Assembly: GCF_009914755.1 (NCBI RefSeq)
Contig: NC_060941.1
DNA: 64,000 nt
Direction: 5' to 3' (one strand)
Source of the DNA: the human T2T-CHM13v2.0 reference genome, Homo sapiens
Shown here: in pieces, positions 42,590 to 57,393 of the stretch
Layout: the number at the start of each line of letters is the position of its first letter
Numbering within the stretch: position 1 is the stretch's first letter
The notes under the pieces: generated by a model
Databases searched by the model: none
What the model was told of the DNA's origin: nothing
Seen by the model: only the letters and a program-made list of their open reading frames with translations
Made by a program: the position numbers and the translations under genes

Positions 42590-45033
42590 TTATAGTCCAA
42601 TGACCTTAAAGTCTTTTCCATGAAAATTATGTGCCACTATTAATTGCTGGAATGAATTATTCACTGACAAATGAAACCTTTAAAGCAAAAGCCTCATTTT
42701 ACACAATAATTTCAGCAACTTTTCCCTTCAAACTTTAACAAAAACTTCTAAGTGGCTAATTACAGAGTTTATGCCCCCTGACTCTTTTTTTTAAAAAACT
42801 CTTTATCTTTAATGTAGATGCCAACAAACGATGGCATTCTCAGCAAAAAGACATAGGAAGGATATGTGTATAAGCTCTCAAAAAGGCACAAGCTTCATTA
42901 TATCAGCATCTGTATGAAGAAAAAGGGGAGACAATGTGCTTTAGTTTTATTACCAGGATAGAGAAATGGAAGATCCATAGTCTTTGAAGGTGTGTACATG
43001 GTAGGAACTCAATGAAAATAAATGCAAACTCCCCAAAGGGCAGAGGCAGAATCAAAAGCAGGCATGGGATGAGCAGAGAAATGCAGGGAGAGGCATTTGG
43101 GGAAACAGGAACAGAATCTAGGACACCCTTGCAAACATTGCTGAGCTCTAACATCTGCCGTGGACTGCCTAAATGCGTGAGGATGAGGCAGACCCTTCAA
43201 GGTAGCTAGCGGATGAATAAACGACCTTGATATCAGTCACTTACCTGAGTTCATTTTTAATTGTTTGCTTTCATTCCTTGCCTCTGGTGACTACGATAAT
43301 AAAAAAAGAAATATTCATTGCGAAGAGAGATGATAAATTGATTGATAGAAAAATAATTTTTGCAATTGAGCCTTAACAAGAGTTAAAATAGGTTGAAAGG
43401 CATCAAACCAGGACCTCAGAGAACTAGAAGGATGCAGCTGAAATAAACAAGGGACTGTGCTGGAGCCAGCTGCAGCATTGCACTGAGTTCCGTTACACCA
43501 TGACACAGAGTCAATGGGCAGATGTAAATTAGCTTGGAGTGGCATTACCCTGCTGTGGTCTTAAATGCCTACTTTAGTGCCAGAAAGCCTGGTTCAAATC
43601 CTAGCTCTGCCACTCTACCAGCTTTGTAATATTTGACACAAGAATTTATACTCTATGAGGTTAGGGGGCAGTACATGTTTGTTTACAAAGGTATCTCAAG
43701 TGCTGAGAGAACAGTACCTGGCAGATCACAGGTATGCAATGAAGAAATCTGTTAAATGGATAGTGGAATATGTTACCTCTATGCTTCAGTTTCTGTATCT
43801 ATACAGTGAGTTATTTAGAGGATAACCATGTGAATGGATCAGTACATGAAAAGCTCTAAGAACAGTGCCCAAAATATGCACCAAAAAGACAGTCAACTTC
43901 CATTACTATCGGTGCAATGCATAAGAGGAAGAAAGTTGGAGAAACGTCTGTATCTCTCTTCTTAGGGGGGTGGTCTCATCAAAAGTGATCAATTCACAGG
44001 CATGTCTAGAGAAATAGTTTCCCCAGAAAGCGCAGCCAAAATAAGGAATTCTTAGATTTCAAGCACTTGCTAGAGACATGAGAATTTACTTGCAAGAACC
44101 AGACAGATACAAATCATGAGACAGATTTGGAGGAAGGCTGCCTAAACATCTAAGCTGAAATGACTGTGGCTGTCTTCCTGGCCAAGGCTGGGGCCCTAGA
44201 GAACCTGAGTGATTTAAAATATTGTCTTGACTTCATGTTCTTGACAAATTATTTTTCAAAGGGAAAATTTCAGTATGCATAGAAACATCCAAAATGAGCC
44301 CAGGACACCTGTTAGTTATGAGTGTAGGCACTTAAAGTAACTGGCATGGATTCTCCCTTTTGGTCCACATTCTGGTCGGGCAAAATCAAACATTTACCTT
44401 TCACTTTTGCATGACATATCACCCTACATACACCTCTCAACACAAGTCCATTAGCCGTAAATGGTCCCAAATGTGGGCCTTTCTGAGGTGGTAACAGTAG
44501 CACCATGAAAACAGTGATAGATTCTGCAAATATCTGTTACTCTATCCGCAGCCTCCACTCCCTGCTTGCTCCCTCCCCATTTCCTACCATCTTGAATAAC
44601 TTAGCTTCTTTCATTTGCTAGTATATTAAAACTGAATGATCACAGCTTATCAAACAAAGAGAAAATATGCTTGTTAAATAATAACAAATAGGGAAAAAAG
44701 ACATTATTAAAGAGGTGCCAATTGTGATTTATTTTATAACTCTCCCTTTCCAAAATAATGCTCATAATGATCAGAATGTAAATATAAAACCACAAGAAAA
44801 AATGACCAGATACTAGTGACATCCAGCATGTGCTTTACACTTGTAGAATACTTCAATTAGAATAGACTCTAAAATACAAAATAGTTCAACCACCTCTCAC
44901 CCATGTATTCATTGCTTCATGTGTTCATCAAATGTGTATTGAGTACCTACTATGAGCCAAGCATGTACCATATTCCAGGAACATCAAGCTAAGCACAACA
45001 CAAACGTGACCTAAAGGAATGTACTATCTAGAG

Positions 45034-45372
45034 CAGACATTGGCAAATGTCTTTGCTAAAGGGCCAGAGAGTAACCATTTTTGGCTTTGCAGACCCAAGA
45101 TCTCTGTCACATCAGCTCACTTCTGCCATTACAGTGCAAAAGCAGCCATAGACAATATGCAAAACACACAAGCAACAGACTTGGCTATGTTCCCATAAAA
45201 CTTCGTGTATAGATACTAAAATTTGAATTTCATATAATTTTCACGTTTAAAAATGCCATCCTTCATTTGATTTTTGTTCCACTATTTTAAAATGTAAAAA
45301 TCATTTTTAATGCACAAGCTACACAAAAAGAAGTAATAAGTCTGTTTGGCCTGTAGGCAGTGTCGACATCTG
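45034..45372 (+). mobile_element. MER58B (hAT-Charlie) beside an L2 relic
   Basis: TAAAGGGCCAGA..AAAGCAGCCATAGACAATA..AAATTTGAATTTCATATAATTTTCACG; TSD ATCTAGAG/GGCTAGAG. Confidence 0.88.
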
Positions 45373-45849
45373 GGCTAGAGGCAGGAATATATAAGAAATC
45401 ACAACTTGCTAATTGATTATCTGAATAAGATACAAAGGGGTTGTGAATAGATGTCACCATTTCCTTATAAATTCTACTGACAATGAAATAATAGAAGATG
45501 AACCTTCACTTAGCCCACTATGCTTCCTAAAATCATGGCTACACGATCTCAGGTACAGGTAGAGAGCCCTGCTGCTGTTTCCACTCCCTACCCTGATCTT
45601 TAAATGAGGTCCTTGTACACAAGCCCATGAGTCTTAGGTCGCCCAGGTGGTTATGGACACTTGACTCAGGACAAAGAAGCCTTGAAGAGTCTGGAGAGTA
45701 TCTGACATCATAATGAATTGCAAATATAAAGAATATAATATGAATGAAAAAAGTAACTGGGCTAAACCTCTAGGTGTCTTAGAATTTGAATCTTGACCAA
45801 GGAATCAAAATCATTAGGGCAAGATGGCATGATTGATAGGCTCTAAGAT

Positions 45850-46260
45850 AGTATGCTGTGTATTCTAGGAGGACTATAAAGAAGTCGAATACCTAACTCA
45901 AGAAGGGGTGGGTGCAGGGATTTGGTAATAGTGGGTAAGGTTTGAGGTAAGTCCCAATAGGAGACATTTGAGGTACGTTTGGATATAAGTAGAAACTGGC
46001 CTTAGTATTTTTGGCAGTGACAATAGCCTGATGATTTGGGGTGACCACAGATAACTCAACCTGTCTTTAGGGAAGCACATGTGATGGGAAGGTAGAGGAA
46101 GAGAGATTCAGAGGCAAGAGTATAAAGGTCTTGCATGACAGGACAAGGGATCTGGACCAGAGGAGACACCCAAGAAAATTTTAAACAGGAAAATAGGATG
46201 ATCAGATTTGTGTGTTAAGATGGTTAACTGTGGCCACAAGACAGAGAATGGAATCACATG
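45850..46260 (-). mobile_element. L2 fragment
   Basis: TTTTAAACAGGAAAATAGGATGATCAGATTTGTGTGTTAAGATGG pattern. Confidence 0.65.
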
Positions 46261-46306
46261 CAAATCAGAAACATGACAAATTGCCTGAGGTCACAGAATT
46301 AATTAT

Positions 46307-46655
46307 TGTATTAATCAGTTTTCACGCTGCTGATAAAGACATACCTGAGACTGGGTAATTTATAAAGAAAAAGAGTTTAATGAACTCCCATTTCCACATG
46401 TCCTTGGAGGCCTCACAATCATGGAAGAAGGCAAAAGGCACATCTTACATGTTGGCAGGCAAGAGACAATGAGAACCAAGTGAAAGGGGTTTCCATCAGA
46501 TCTCATGAGACTTATTCGCTACCACAAGAACAGTATGGAGAAAACTGCCCCCACGATTCAATTATCTCCCACAAGTTCCCTCCCAAAACACATGGGAATT
46601 ACGGCAGCTACAATTCAAGAAGAGATTTGGGTGGGGACACAGCCAAACCATATCA
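46307..46655 (-). mobile_element. THE1B solo LTR
   Basis: GCTGCTGATAAAGACATACCTGAGACTGGG..CCAAACCATATCA; near-TSD ATTAT/ATTAC. Confidence 0.95.
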
Positions 46656-47061
46656 ATTACAGAAAAACAACTATAAACAAACAGGCCAAACAGATTGGAA
46701 AAAGGACTCTGATACCTTTTCCAGCATGTTCCCCTTGACAAATTTTGTTCTCTGATCTCCAGTACCTGGTCATAACAGAAGACCTTCAAGGAGAAGAGGA
46801 TAGTGCTGACTCACTCTCTCAAACACCCACTCTTGATAATTTCTCTAAATGGGCAAATACATTTGCTAAGAGCCACCCTTCTTTTATCCTCCTCATAGCA
46901 TTTGATTGACGACAAAGTGACTTGGGAACAAAATAAAGAAGCAATCTGCCTACAGATCATACCTAGTCCCAATGCCTTATAAACACCAGCAAAAGTTACT
47001 AAGAAAAATTAGAGAACTGTTAAAAAAAAGAATTTTAACATTAGTCAACATTTTATCATTA

Positions 47062-47330
<269 letters not shown>

Positions 47331-48504
47331 TTAGAATACATCTACCATTTCTCCATTCTTGACACATTTTATCTCACATAATCTTTAAAATATTGGTAAG
47401 GTGGGTGATTTGATTCATTCCTCTCCATTCCCTTCATTTCACCAAGTCAGACTGGCTTGACAGGTATTGGGGAGAGAGAAATGGTAGCTAGACAGAAGCA
47501 CTCTATCACAATAGCAGGGGAGTCAGGAAGTGCCTATGGAAACAGAAACCTTAAAGTCTGCAGGAAAGGAAGGACGAATCTAAACCTCCAGGTTTTCATC
47601 ATTAGCCCCCATCCTCTCCATGTAAACACAACAAAAGAAAAAAATGAGACACAAAGCACAGGTTAGAAAACTGTTATATTTGTATTGATCTGTGACATAA
47701 CATCTAAGTAAGAACAGTACCATCACTAGCTTTAAGAAAATTTCCCTAGTTGCTCCACCTCTACTAGGTCAGTGCCTGTGAACTTCTTGGAAATCAACAC
47801 CAGGCTTTTGATAAGAAGCCAAGGTAAGAATCAGAAAGGTGACATGAGTCCCAAGAAGGTCTCAATCCTGCCAGTCAGGAGAGAAGGGGTTACGAAAGTT
47901 AGCATATCCTTGACTTGAGCCCTCTGTAGCCTACTCATGGAACTTTGTGCATGGCTGGGCTGCCCTGGCTTGAAGAAAACAGAAACAGCACAGAAAATAG
48001 ATCTTTTTATTCCCGTTATACAGAATGCTCAGAGCCACATGGCTACTAAGTGGCAGAATTAACATTCCACTCAGATCTACTTGGCTCCACATTCCACACT
48101 GTCTTCAGTTTGCCACACTGCATCCAGCTCAACCAAGGTAAAGTATGGTGACTAATTGTCTAAAAGACAGAATTGGAAAGAGCACATCGTTTCCTGGGCA
48201 AGATACTGAAGACTCTTATTGTTATTATTTTTCATGTATGTAATTGAGCTATAAAGGAACATTCCACCAGCTAGCCCAAGAAGTCACCGTGGTACGTCAG
48301 CCATTTTTTCCATCTTCCTTCATCTCTCTCAGTTCAGAGAAGTGGAAGTTCTCCCAGGGAGGCTTGATCTGCCTGGTCAGCATGGCCAGGATGCCCCCCA
48401 GGGAGGAGCTAGCATGCCCAAAGATCACACTACTTTCTCCCCCTTCACTCACCCTGTGGGTCCTCCAATCCCTTTGTCAGACTTGATGCAGCCTGAGGGT
48501 TTCA

Positions 48505-48970
<466 letters not shown>

Positions 48971-49291
48971 TCAAACAAGTGTAGGCAGACCCACAGGTCA
49001 TGAAAAAATTCTACATATAAGAGAGGTTTGAGACTATCCAGGATTTTCTGTTACTATTCAATTGTGACTTACCCAGAGACCCGGATGAGGCTGAGAATCT
49101 AAGATTATTTTCACTCCTGTCCAAACCTTTGTTTCTCCTAGACTCTACCATGTCCAGGAGACATGGGAGCATGAACTAATCGATATGAAATTACTTATGA
49201 TAATAGTTTCCAGAGTGATTACATTGCTTTTGGATTCTAAACACAGGTTTTGTTTCTAAAAGAAAACTATATTATTGTTTGTTTCTAATAG

Positions 49292-49292
<1 letters not shown>

Positions 49293-49324
<32 letters not shown>
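49293..49324. repeat. (TG)16 microsatellite
   Basis: Directly visible. Confidence 0.97.
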
Positions 49325-49328
<4 letters not shown>

Positions 49329-51256
49329 AACACTTCTCTGGAGTTTTTTACATGGAAAGCGGCAGTAGCAATATTGTTTTTCCTAACTACAAAACATCCA
49401 AAGGTCCATTTAGCAACTTATTGTGTATATATTTAGCCATAGTCCTATAGTTCCTACATTTCAGGGTGAAAAGCAGAATGTATTCAATTGCATACAATAG
49501 TGATATTTTCTTCAATTATCTTTTAAACCAATTGCTAACTATTTTTTAACATTACAATGTACGTATTCTCTATGTAAGATATTTAGAAAATACAAAAAAT
49601 AAATACAATTATTAAAGTTGTATAAGCACTGCTAAGAAATTGGTTTATTTGTCTTCTTCCCATCTATTTCTTTCTCTCTTCTCTCTGTATATACACACAT
49701 GCATATATATAAATATACATGCATATGTATTTTGTATGCTATTTTTTGATTAAAATACCATGGTTATCATTATTTTTCCAGCTGACAAAAATCCATTGTA
49801 CAATCTCACATAAGTGAGCAATTTGCACATACACCGCTGTCTGCCTCTTTTATGGATTCTTTATTACAGGCTCCTAGATATGGATGGCAGAGTTACAGAA
49901 CATTTAAGAATACTAGTACCTACTGTCAAAGTGCACAAATTTACACTCTGAAATAACTGATTTCATGGCATCCTTGCCAGCACTGAACATTATTTTTAAT
50001 CTTATTTTAAAAGAAGTAAATATTCTAATTTGTATTTATTTACAAATATTTCCCCCTGTATTCACTCACAATTTGCATCTAGGGTAATTACTCCTGTTTC
50101 AAGACAGAATGAATTCGATATGACATGAACTGACTACAACACCATAAATGAGGTGGCTTCTCTGAGTATTTTCCATGCTCAGGTCTGATTATTGATTTGG
50201 TGAGCCTTGCTGAGACCAAGGCTGAGCCTCTCAATGCACATTCTCTCCACGACGTAGGAAAGTATCATGAGGAGAAGGCATCATTACGTCCACATGGGAC
50301 AACCAGCTTCCTTCTGTCCTGTGGCCTCAGTCATTTTAACCCTCACCATCTGTTCTGCTGATGAGTGGCTCTGGGGTGCTGAAGAGGAGAGTTTGTAGAT
50401 GATTAAATCACTCATTCGTTTTCTTTTTAATTTCAAATGTCCTGCCCCTATACAGGTAAGACTTGGCATATGCTTGTTTAGTGACTGAATAACTTTGACT
50501 CTGTCCCCTAAACACAGGGTCTAGTAACAGAAATATTCATATAACCCAAAATACCTAGTAAGTAGGGCTAGAATAGATTTGCATGCATGCCAGAGAAGGG
50601 TGTGTGGCTCTCTCCATGGAGGGTGATACATAACAGATAAGGTAATAATCCAGCTAAACTGTAATGCAGGAGAAGAGTACTGGCTTTGAAGATATGGCTG
50701 GGAAGCAGCTGCCAGGCACAGATACAGAATGTGCACGGATCATGGTGTGTTAGACAAGGCCTGTGCTGTTTGGGATGAAAACAGCATAAAGCATAGAGTC
50801 CAAGAATGGAGGCAAGTGAGACTAGAAAGAAACAGGAAGAAAAGATAATAAGGGGGCTCACTCTTCTCATGGGGGAATCTACATTTCTCTCGAAGTGCCT
50901 AAAAGATTTGAGCAACAGAATTGCTTACTCTGGCACCACCCCATAGGAAGGATAAGAGGGAAAAGTGATTTGAATATGGGAGTCAGATATACCTAAGTTC
51001 TAGGTAAAGCTGTGTCTATTAACAAATAGGCAAATCAATAAAATAATGAATAAATAAAAGAAACTTGTAATAGATGGGTGAGTGAGAAAAGGCCTAGGAC
51101 AGGAGTAGGTGGGTAGATAAAGAATACAGTTTTAGACTTTACAGTCACCTATATGTAATAGGGAACGCTAACTTACTAGTGTTCTACTAGCCTAACTTAT
51201 CAGTACAACCTGAAGCAAGACCAATATATTCAAGCTAGTAAGAATGATGATAGCTA

Positions 51257-51690
<434 letters not shown>

Positions 51691-51977
51691 ATCTGTAATG
51701 ATGTGTGTTATGGAAAATGTAAGTTTTGTATAACTAAAAATAAAGGGAAATATAATAATGGCTACCATTTTTAGTATTTACCTGTAAGTTTTAAACTATA
51801 TTCAGGGTTTTACATTTGTCACTAATACTCATAACAGTCCTATGAGATACTTTTTACCCTCAAAGAAATTAAAGAATTTATCTAAGCACATAGACAAATG
51901 TAGTAGATTAAAAAGCAACCTAATTCTCCGTTCCTCCCTATTTCTACACCCTTTACAATGTGACTTTGCAGCTCCTG

Positions 51978-52328
51978 CTGAAATAATTTATCAAGAGACT
52001 CCAGTATCCTGGGTTCCCATGTTAGCAAAGTGACACTCAACTTAGCATAAATGATAAAATGAAATTAAGTTTAACCAAGCACAACTGTTAAATAACCTTT
52101 AACTAGGGACTTTCCACTAGAATGATCCAAATAAGACTACTGCTTCACTTTAACCAATCAAATATTTTCTTTGCCTTGCTTCTGCATTCACCCTCTAAAA
52201 GTCTTCCCCAGGTGCCGCTTTGGCACAGCCCTGACCTGCTTGATGTCTAGAGCTGCCCAATTCATGAATCACTGTCTGTTCAAATAAATTCTTTAATGTT
52301 TTAATGTGCCGACGTTTAACTTTTAAAA
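51978..52328 (+). mobile_element. MER57/MER93-like ERV1 LTR nested in MLT1
   Basis: AACCAATCAAATATTTTC, GCTGCCCAATTCATGAATCAC..CAAATAAA..CTTTTAA end. Confidence 0.72.
52106..52115 (+). promoter_or_regulatory. Canonical NF-kB site
   Basis: GGGACTTTCC, identical to the Ig-kappa/HIV kB site. Confidence 0.6.
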
Positions 52329-52913
52329 ATCCACCAGGAAGTTGAGCCTATTTCCCCATCCCTCAAATCTGAGCTAGTCTCATGACTTTCTTTGGCCAAA
52401 AGAATGTGGCCAAAGAAAATAACAGCTCAGAGCTTGAGATTTGAGATCCTCTGCACACCTCTACTCTCTCTTTGCAGCTCTTCTGCTAACAAGTCAACAA
52501 AGTCAGGATGATGAGACAAAGTGGCCCAGCCACATCCATCACTCAGGCCATAGCCAGCCAATCATTAGATATCAGCCATGGGAGTGAGGCCAACCTAGAT
52601 CACCAGCCTGACCCTGGTTGAGAATAGACCCCTGAGCAAACCCAGCCAAGATCAGTTGAACTGGCCCAAATCAGGACTATCAACTGACCCACAGATATTG
52701 TTTTAAGCCACTTGGGTTGGGGTAGTTTTTTATATGCCAGTAGCTAACTCGATACAATAGACAGTGGAAGAGCCAAGATTTGAACCCATGTCTAAGTTCA
52801 CTCCTGTGTCTCTAGAGTTTCTTCTGTTTCCATTATGCAGTTAGTAATAGGCCATAGGCTTTACAAACCACAGGCAAATTCTTTTTCCCTCTCTCCCCTC
52901 CTGCAAGTGTCTT

Positions 52914-53314
<401 letters not shown>

Positions 53315-55773
53315 TAAATCTGCAGGCTCCTTCAGGGCTGTCTAGTGTTGTTTTGTTTTTGAGTAGTTTGTCAATATAATTAAGTTCCTGGAGTGTAGGG
53401 TGCCCATGCCATAGTTCACTAATAAAATTAAAATGAACCTAAGAATATATTTTATTGTATGTGGCCTTCACATATATCTCATTTTATATTCATAAACCTA
53501 TGGGTTTTTTTAAAAAAGTATTATTGTACAAATTTTACAGGTAAAACAACAAAACAAAATGAAAATAAAGACTAAGATAGAAGTAGGCTACGTGTCTGGT
53601 ATAGAGTAGTGAATCAGACACCCTGCCTGCAAGTTCCATCTGCCCTCATCACCAGATCATGAAATCTAGATTCTGACCCAGAATTATTTAGTCCAGCTGT
53701 GAGTCTTAAGAAGCCATTTCACAGCCTAGCTTTCTGGTTAGAAATAACAATTCATTTCCTATTGCATTTCAAACATTGCTGGTTTAACCGAGGTTCTTCA
53801 TTGTCCCCAGAAAGAGTAAAAACACTATAAGCCCCCTAAAGAGTGTAACCTTCATGAGGGCAAGACCCTTGTCTATTCTCTTTGCCATTGGATCCCTAGT
53901 GCACATACAAGGCACATAATGTATAATAAGCAACTGAAGGTATTGAGAATCTATGTACTAAGCTCTTAAAAATACTCATTGAAAACACACAATCTCATTT
54001 CTTGCAAATCTTCTCATTTTTCAGATGAAGCATTAAGATTCAAGATTTTACATATCGTTCCTAAAGTAACTCAGGGAATAAGTGGCAGGGTCTAGTTTTG
54101 AACCCAGGATTGCTGAGGTCAAAGTGAGTGTACTTTTTCTAATTGCCCTTCCATCTTCCCAAAGTAACAAATATGCTTGCCTGCCAGATAAGGATTGGAT
54201 TTCCATATAAGTAGCCCCAGGGTGCTATCTCCACCAATAATTAAGAACAAAGAATCAGGCTTCAGCTAAAGCAGGATAAGCAGATTAGACATTAATTTAA
54301 AAGGTACCTTCAGATTGTTAAATTTTTGAACCACCAGACTGTGTTACAAATTAAAATGGGATTTTCTGATTTATGGTTTGATTCTATAGGGAAACAATTC
54401 TAAAGGCAACATCACCTATGTAATTGCACCAAGAATGCTGTGATTATTTCACATAGTGCCATAGCATGACTGTAGGGGCCAGATCATTCCCATTTTGCCT
54501 CCTGATTTGCTCTTCATCCAGGTCTTTCCTAACATAGCGTGAACACAAAGGTCAATTTCCTGCAGTCAATTTGAAAAAGGCCAACTCTCAATTAAGTTTG
54601 CAAAAGGGGTCAGAGGTGATGTGGAGAAATAAAATCCATGGGTAATGCAAAACACCCATATGAGCTCTGTGCTCTAATAGCCACTACTTCCCAACATGAA
54701 CCAAAGCGGCTAACCAGTAGTAACTCAGATGGATTTGCAATCTGTTGCTCAAATTGCATCATTTCTGCTATCCATCTCAAATGAACAAATCAATAAGGGG
54801 AAAAGATGCAAGGAGAACAACTGGAAAGATAAGGAAAATGCAGAGAAAGGGATACCAGTATAACATCCAAGCTGAGTTTTATTATTAAAGTCATCACTAT
54901 TTAGATTTTAGTAAATATTTTCCTCCAACTTCCAATAAACATGCACATTTCCCATTAATCTTTAATTGTCCTCCCATCCCCGAGGATGAACCAGCATTTC
55001 TATGCCACGCAGAAGACTCTGCTGACTATCGAAAGGCCATCCTACCTTCTCACACTGCAGAGTAGTCTCCTAAATCCAAACCAGACAGGGTCTTTCCGTG
55101 GAGAGGCTCACTGTGGTCTACCATAATTAAGCCCCAATACTAACTGAACCACTAACTGTTGACATGGGGCATAACCAGAGCCCTTCCACTATGCCACCCT
55201 CTCTAGGGAATGGTTCATTCAACCTTCTGGAGTAAGGGACATAAAGTGTGGGGCAGAAAGAGAGTGGGGAATCAGTAAAAGGCACTGTTCCACTTTTGAT
55301 ACAAATCCCTGTAATCAAAACCATACTTGGCCAGCTCAGTCTTACCTCCAAACTCCCTCTGAGATGCTATAAACATTGGCAGACAATGCATATAATTAAG
55401 GTGGAATATGTACTCATAAAATGTTTGTTTCCATCTGCTAGTTGTTTTAGCGAATGTTAGATTTCTTGCGGTCAGTCGGAGAACAACAGAGGGGATTCTG
55501 AAATCCCCACTGAGAAGCAGCTCATGAGCATGGCACAGGGACATGCCAGAACGTGCAGCCCTGGGAAGCAAAGAAAGACGGAGGTGAGAGTCTGTTTTCT
55601 AGCCTTAATTGTCCAGAAGCAGCCTGGGTGCCATAGCGACATAATCAAGTTCTCCCCTTTTGACTGTAAAGAAACACGGAGAGACTGTGCGTATTGTTGT
55701 CTTTCAATACCAAAGGGAGAAGTGGGTGAAAGAAAGTAAGAGTGTTCTGGCACCAGAATAATTTCTCCATTAC

Positions 55774-55932
55774 CTCAATTAGTTCCAATGATGTGGAAAA
55801 GTTCTGTCTGGAGAAATCAAACTGAACATAAAATCACTGAAGCGCCGGTGGTGGCGGCGGTAGGTGTTGATACAGGCATTAGTCAGCAATACTGATTGCA
55901 GTGAAGTCACTCAATAGCCCTGTCGCTGGAAC
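55774..55932 (-). ncRNA. Candidate non-coding exon (159 nt)
   Basis: Branch-like CTAAT plus tttatttccctgcctag|GT acceptor, donor GAG|GTAATG; stops in all three frames. Confidence 0.4.
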
Positions 55933-56766
55933 CTAGGCAGGGAAATAAACTCATTAGATCACCCCCTTCAGTGAAGCATGTGGTTTTCAATGTGGCACCA
56001 ACATAATCTGGCACCCACCAAAAGATTCAGCCATCTGCCCCTGGAAGGCACAATTTACTAAGGTGTCTGGTAAAGAAATCTGGATAAGTACCATTTTTTA
56101 TTTTCTAAAGAAACATAAATATGTCTTCTTGCCTAAGAGCCACTTTTGCCGTTAGTTATGAGATGTTAGATTTTCTTTAAGGAGGTAGGTAGTTCTGTGT
56201 GGCTATAGAGTACAGAATTGAGATAACTAAAAAGTATACACTATCAGAGAAACTTGAGTTCAGCATACGGAAATTTTTCTGATACTTCTGGCAGGCCATA
56301 AACAGAATGGCACCCACATGAGATAGATGTTTAAACCTCCCATTGGGTGTCAATGGAAAGCTAGGTCCTAACTTGCCATGGATAGTACAGGAAGATTTTT
56401 TCATTAGATAGGTCATTGAATAGTTGAGAAATCCCTTTCTCTAGTCAAGATCCAGTTAGCAGAAGGAGTTGAGAGAAGAAAAGAAAACATAGATTTCTTT
56501 TCCTCCCATGTTAATATCCACATATCCTGTGCCCATCTTCTTTATGGAGTCATTGAAAAAAACTCTATAGACTCTCAAAATGTTCTCTCATCTCAAGTTA
56601 TATATTAATATACTATGTAATCCTTTATGCTTGAAGTAATTTGTAAAAATGGAAAAGCTCTGTGATGAGTTGACCAACCTCCTCAGTAGTACATCTATCT
56701 CTCCCAGTTTTTCCACAACCTTCTTTAAACACTTATTCTGATAAAAGGCTGCCAAAGACAGCATGT

Positions 56767-56799
56767 GGATGGATGGATGGATAGATTGATGGATGGATG

Positions 56800-56842
<43 letters not shown>
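56767..56842. repeat. Compound tetranucleotide STR (GGAT)4 AGAT TGAT (GGAT)3 (AGAT)10
   Basis: Directly counted. Confidence 0.97.
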
Positions 56843-56844
<2 letters not shown>

Positions 56845-56889
56845 CATGTGTTATCCATTCCCTGTGTGGTCAATGACCCATTGCATACT

Positions 56890-57000
56890 CCCAACAAAAC
56901 CACTCTATGGTATTATACCCAGGCTACATAACTAAGGAAATCAAGTCTCAGAGAAGTTAAGTCATTTGCCCAAAGTCACACAGCTGGAAAGCTGCAGAGA
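56890..57000 (-). mobile_element. MIR
   Basis: CTCAGAGAAGTTAAGTCATTTGCCCAAAGTCACACAGCT. Confidence 0.85.
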
Positions 57001-57273
57001 GAGAAGGAGATTAAGGTCCAGAAGGGAAACACCCCCAGCTCCCTCCACTCTCTCACACCACCTCTATAAGCACAAGTTGGGGCACACCTTATCTTGATTT
57101 AGAGGACCTGCTTCAGAGGACTTAAATGTTAAGCCCAACATTAAAGAGAGTTGAGGATTCCTGTTTCTTTATACACCATTGTGTAGAGATGGTAACTGAC
57201 AAATGACTGATTGATACAAGAATTTAAAATGCTTCTTAAAATGTTTTTCCCTTTTTTTTTTTTTTTTTTTTAG

Positions 57274-57393
57274 CATGATGGGGTATATGCCAATCTAATG
57301 TACTGACAAAGTTGGAGTTTCACACCCCAATAAGAAGACATAGCCATCTGGCTTCAACACAGGCCTTAAAAACTAGAAGAGTAGTTAACAAAG
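57274..57393 (+). ncRNA. Candidate non-coding exon (120 nt)
   Basis: T20 then AG acceptor, donor AAG|GTATGA; stops in all frames. Confidence 0.3.

Larger units (their letters stand above)
51899..52756 (+). mobile_element. MLT1G/H-like LTR split by a nested LTR and itself inserted in a MIR
   Basis: CCCTTTACAATGTGACTTTGCAGCTCC stops near 51977 and resumes near 52330 with CCTATTTCCCCATCCCTCAAATCTGAGCT; ends TAGCTAACTCGATACA. Confidence 0.8.
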
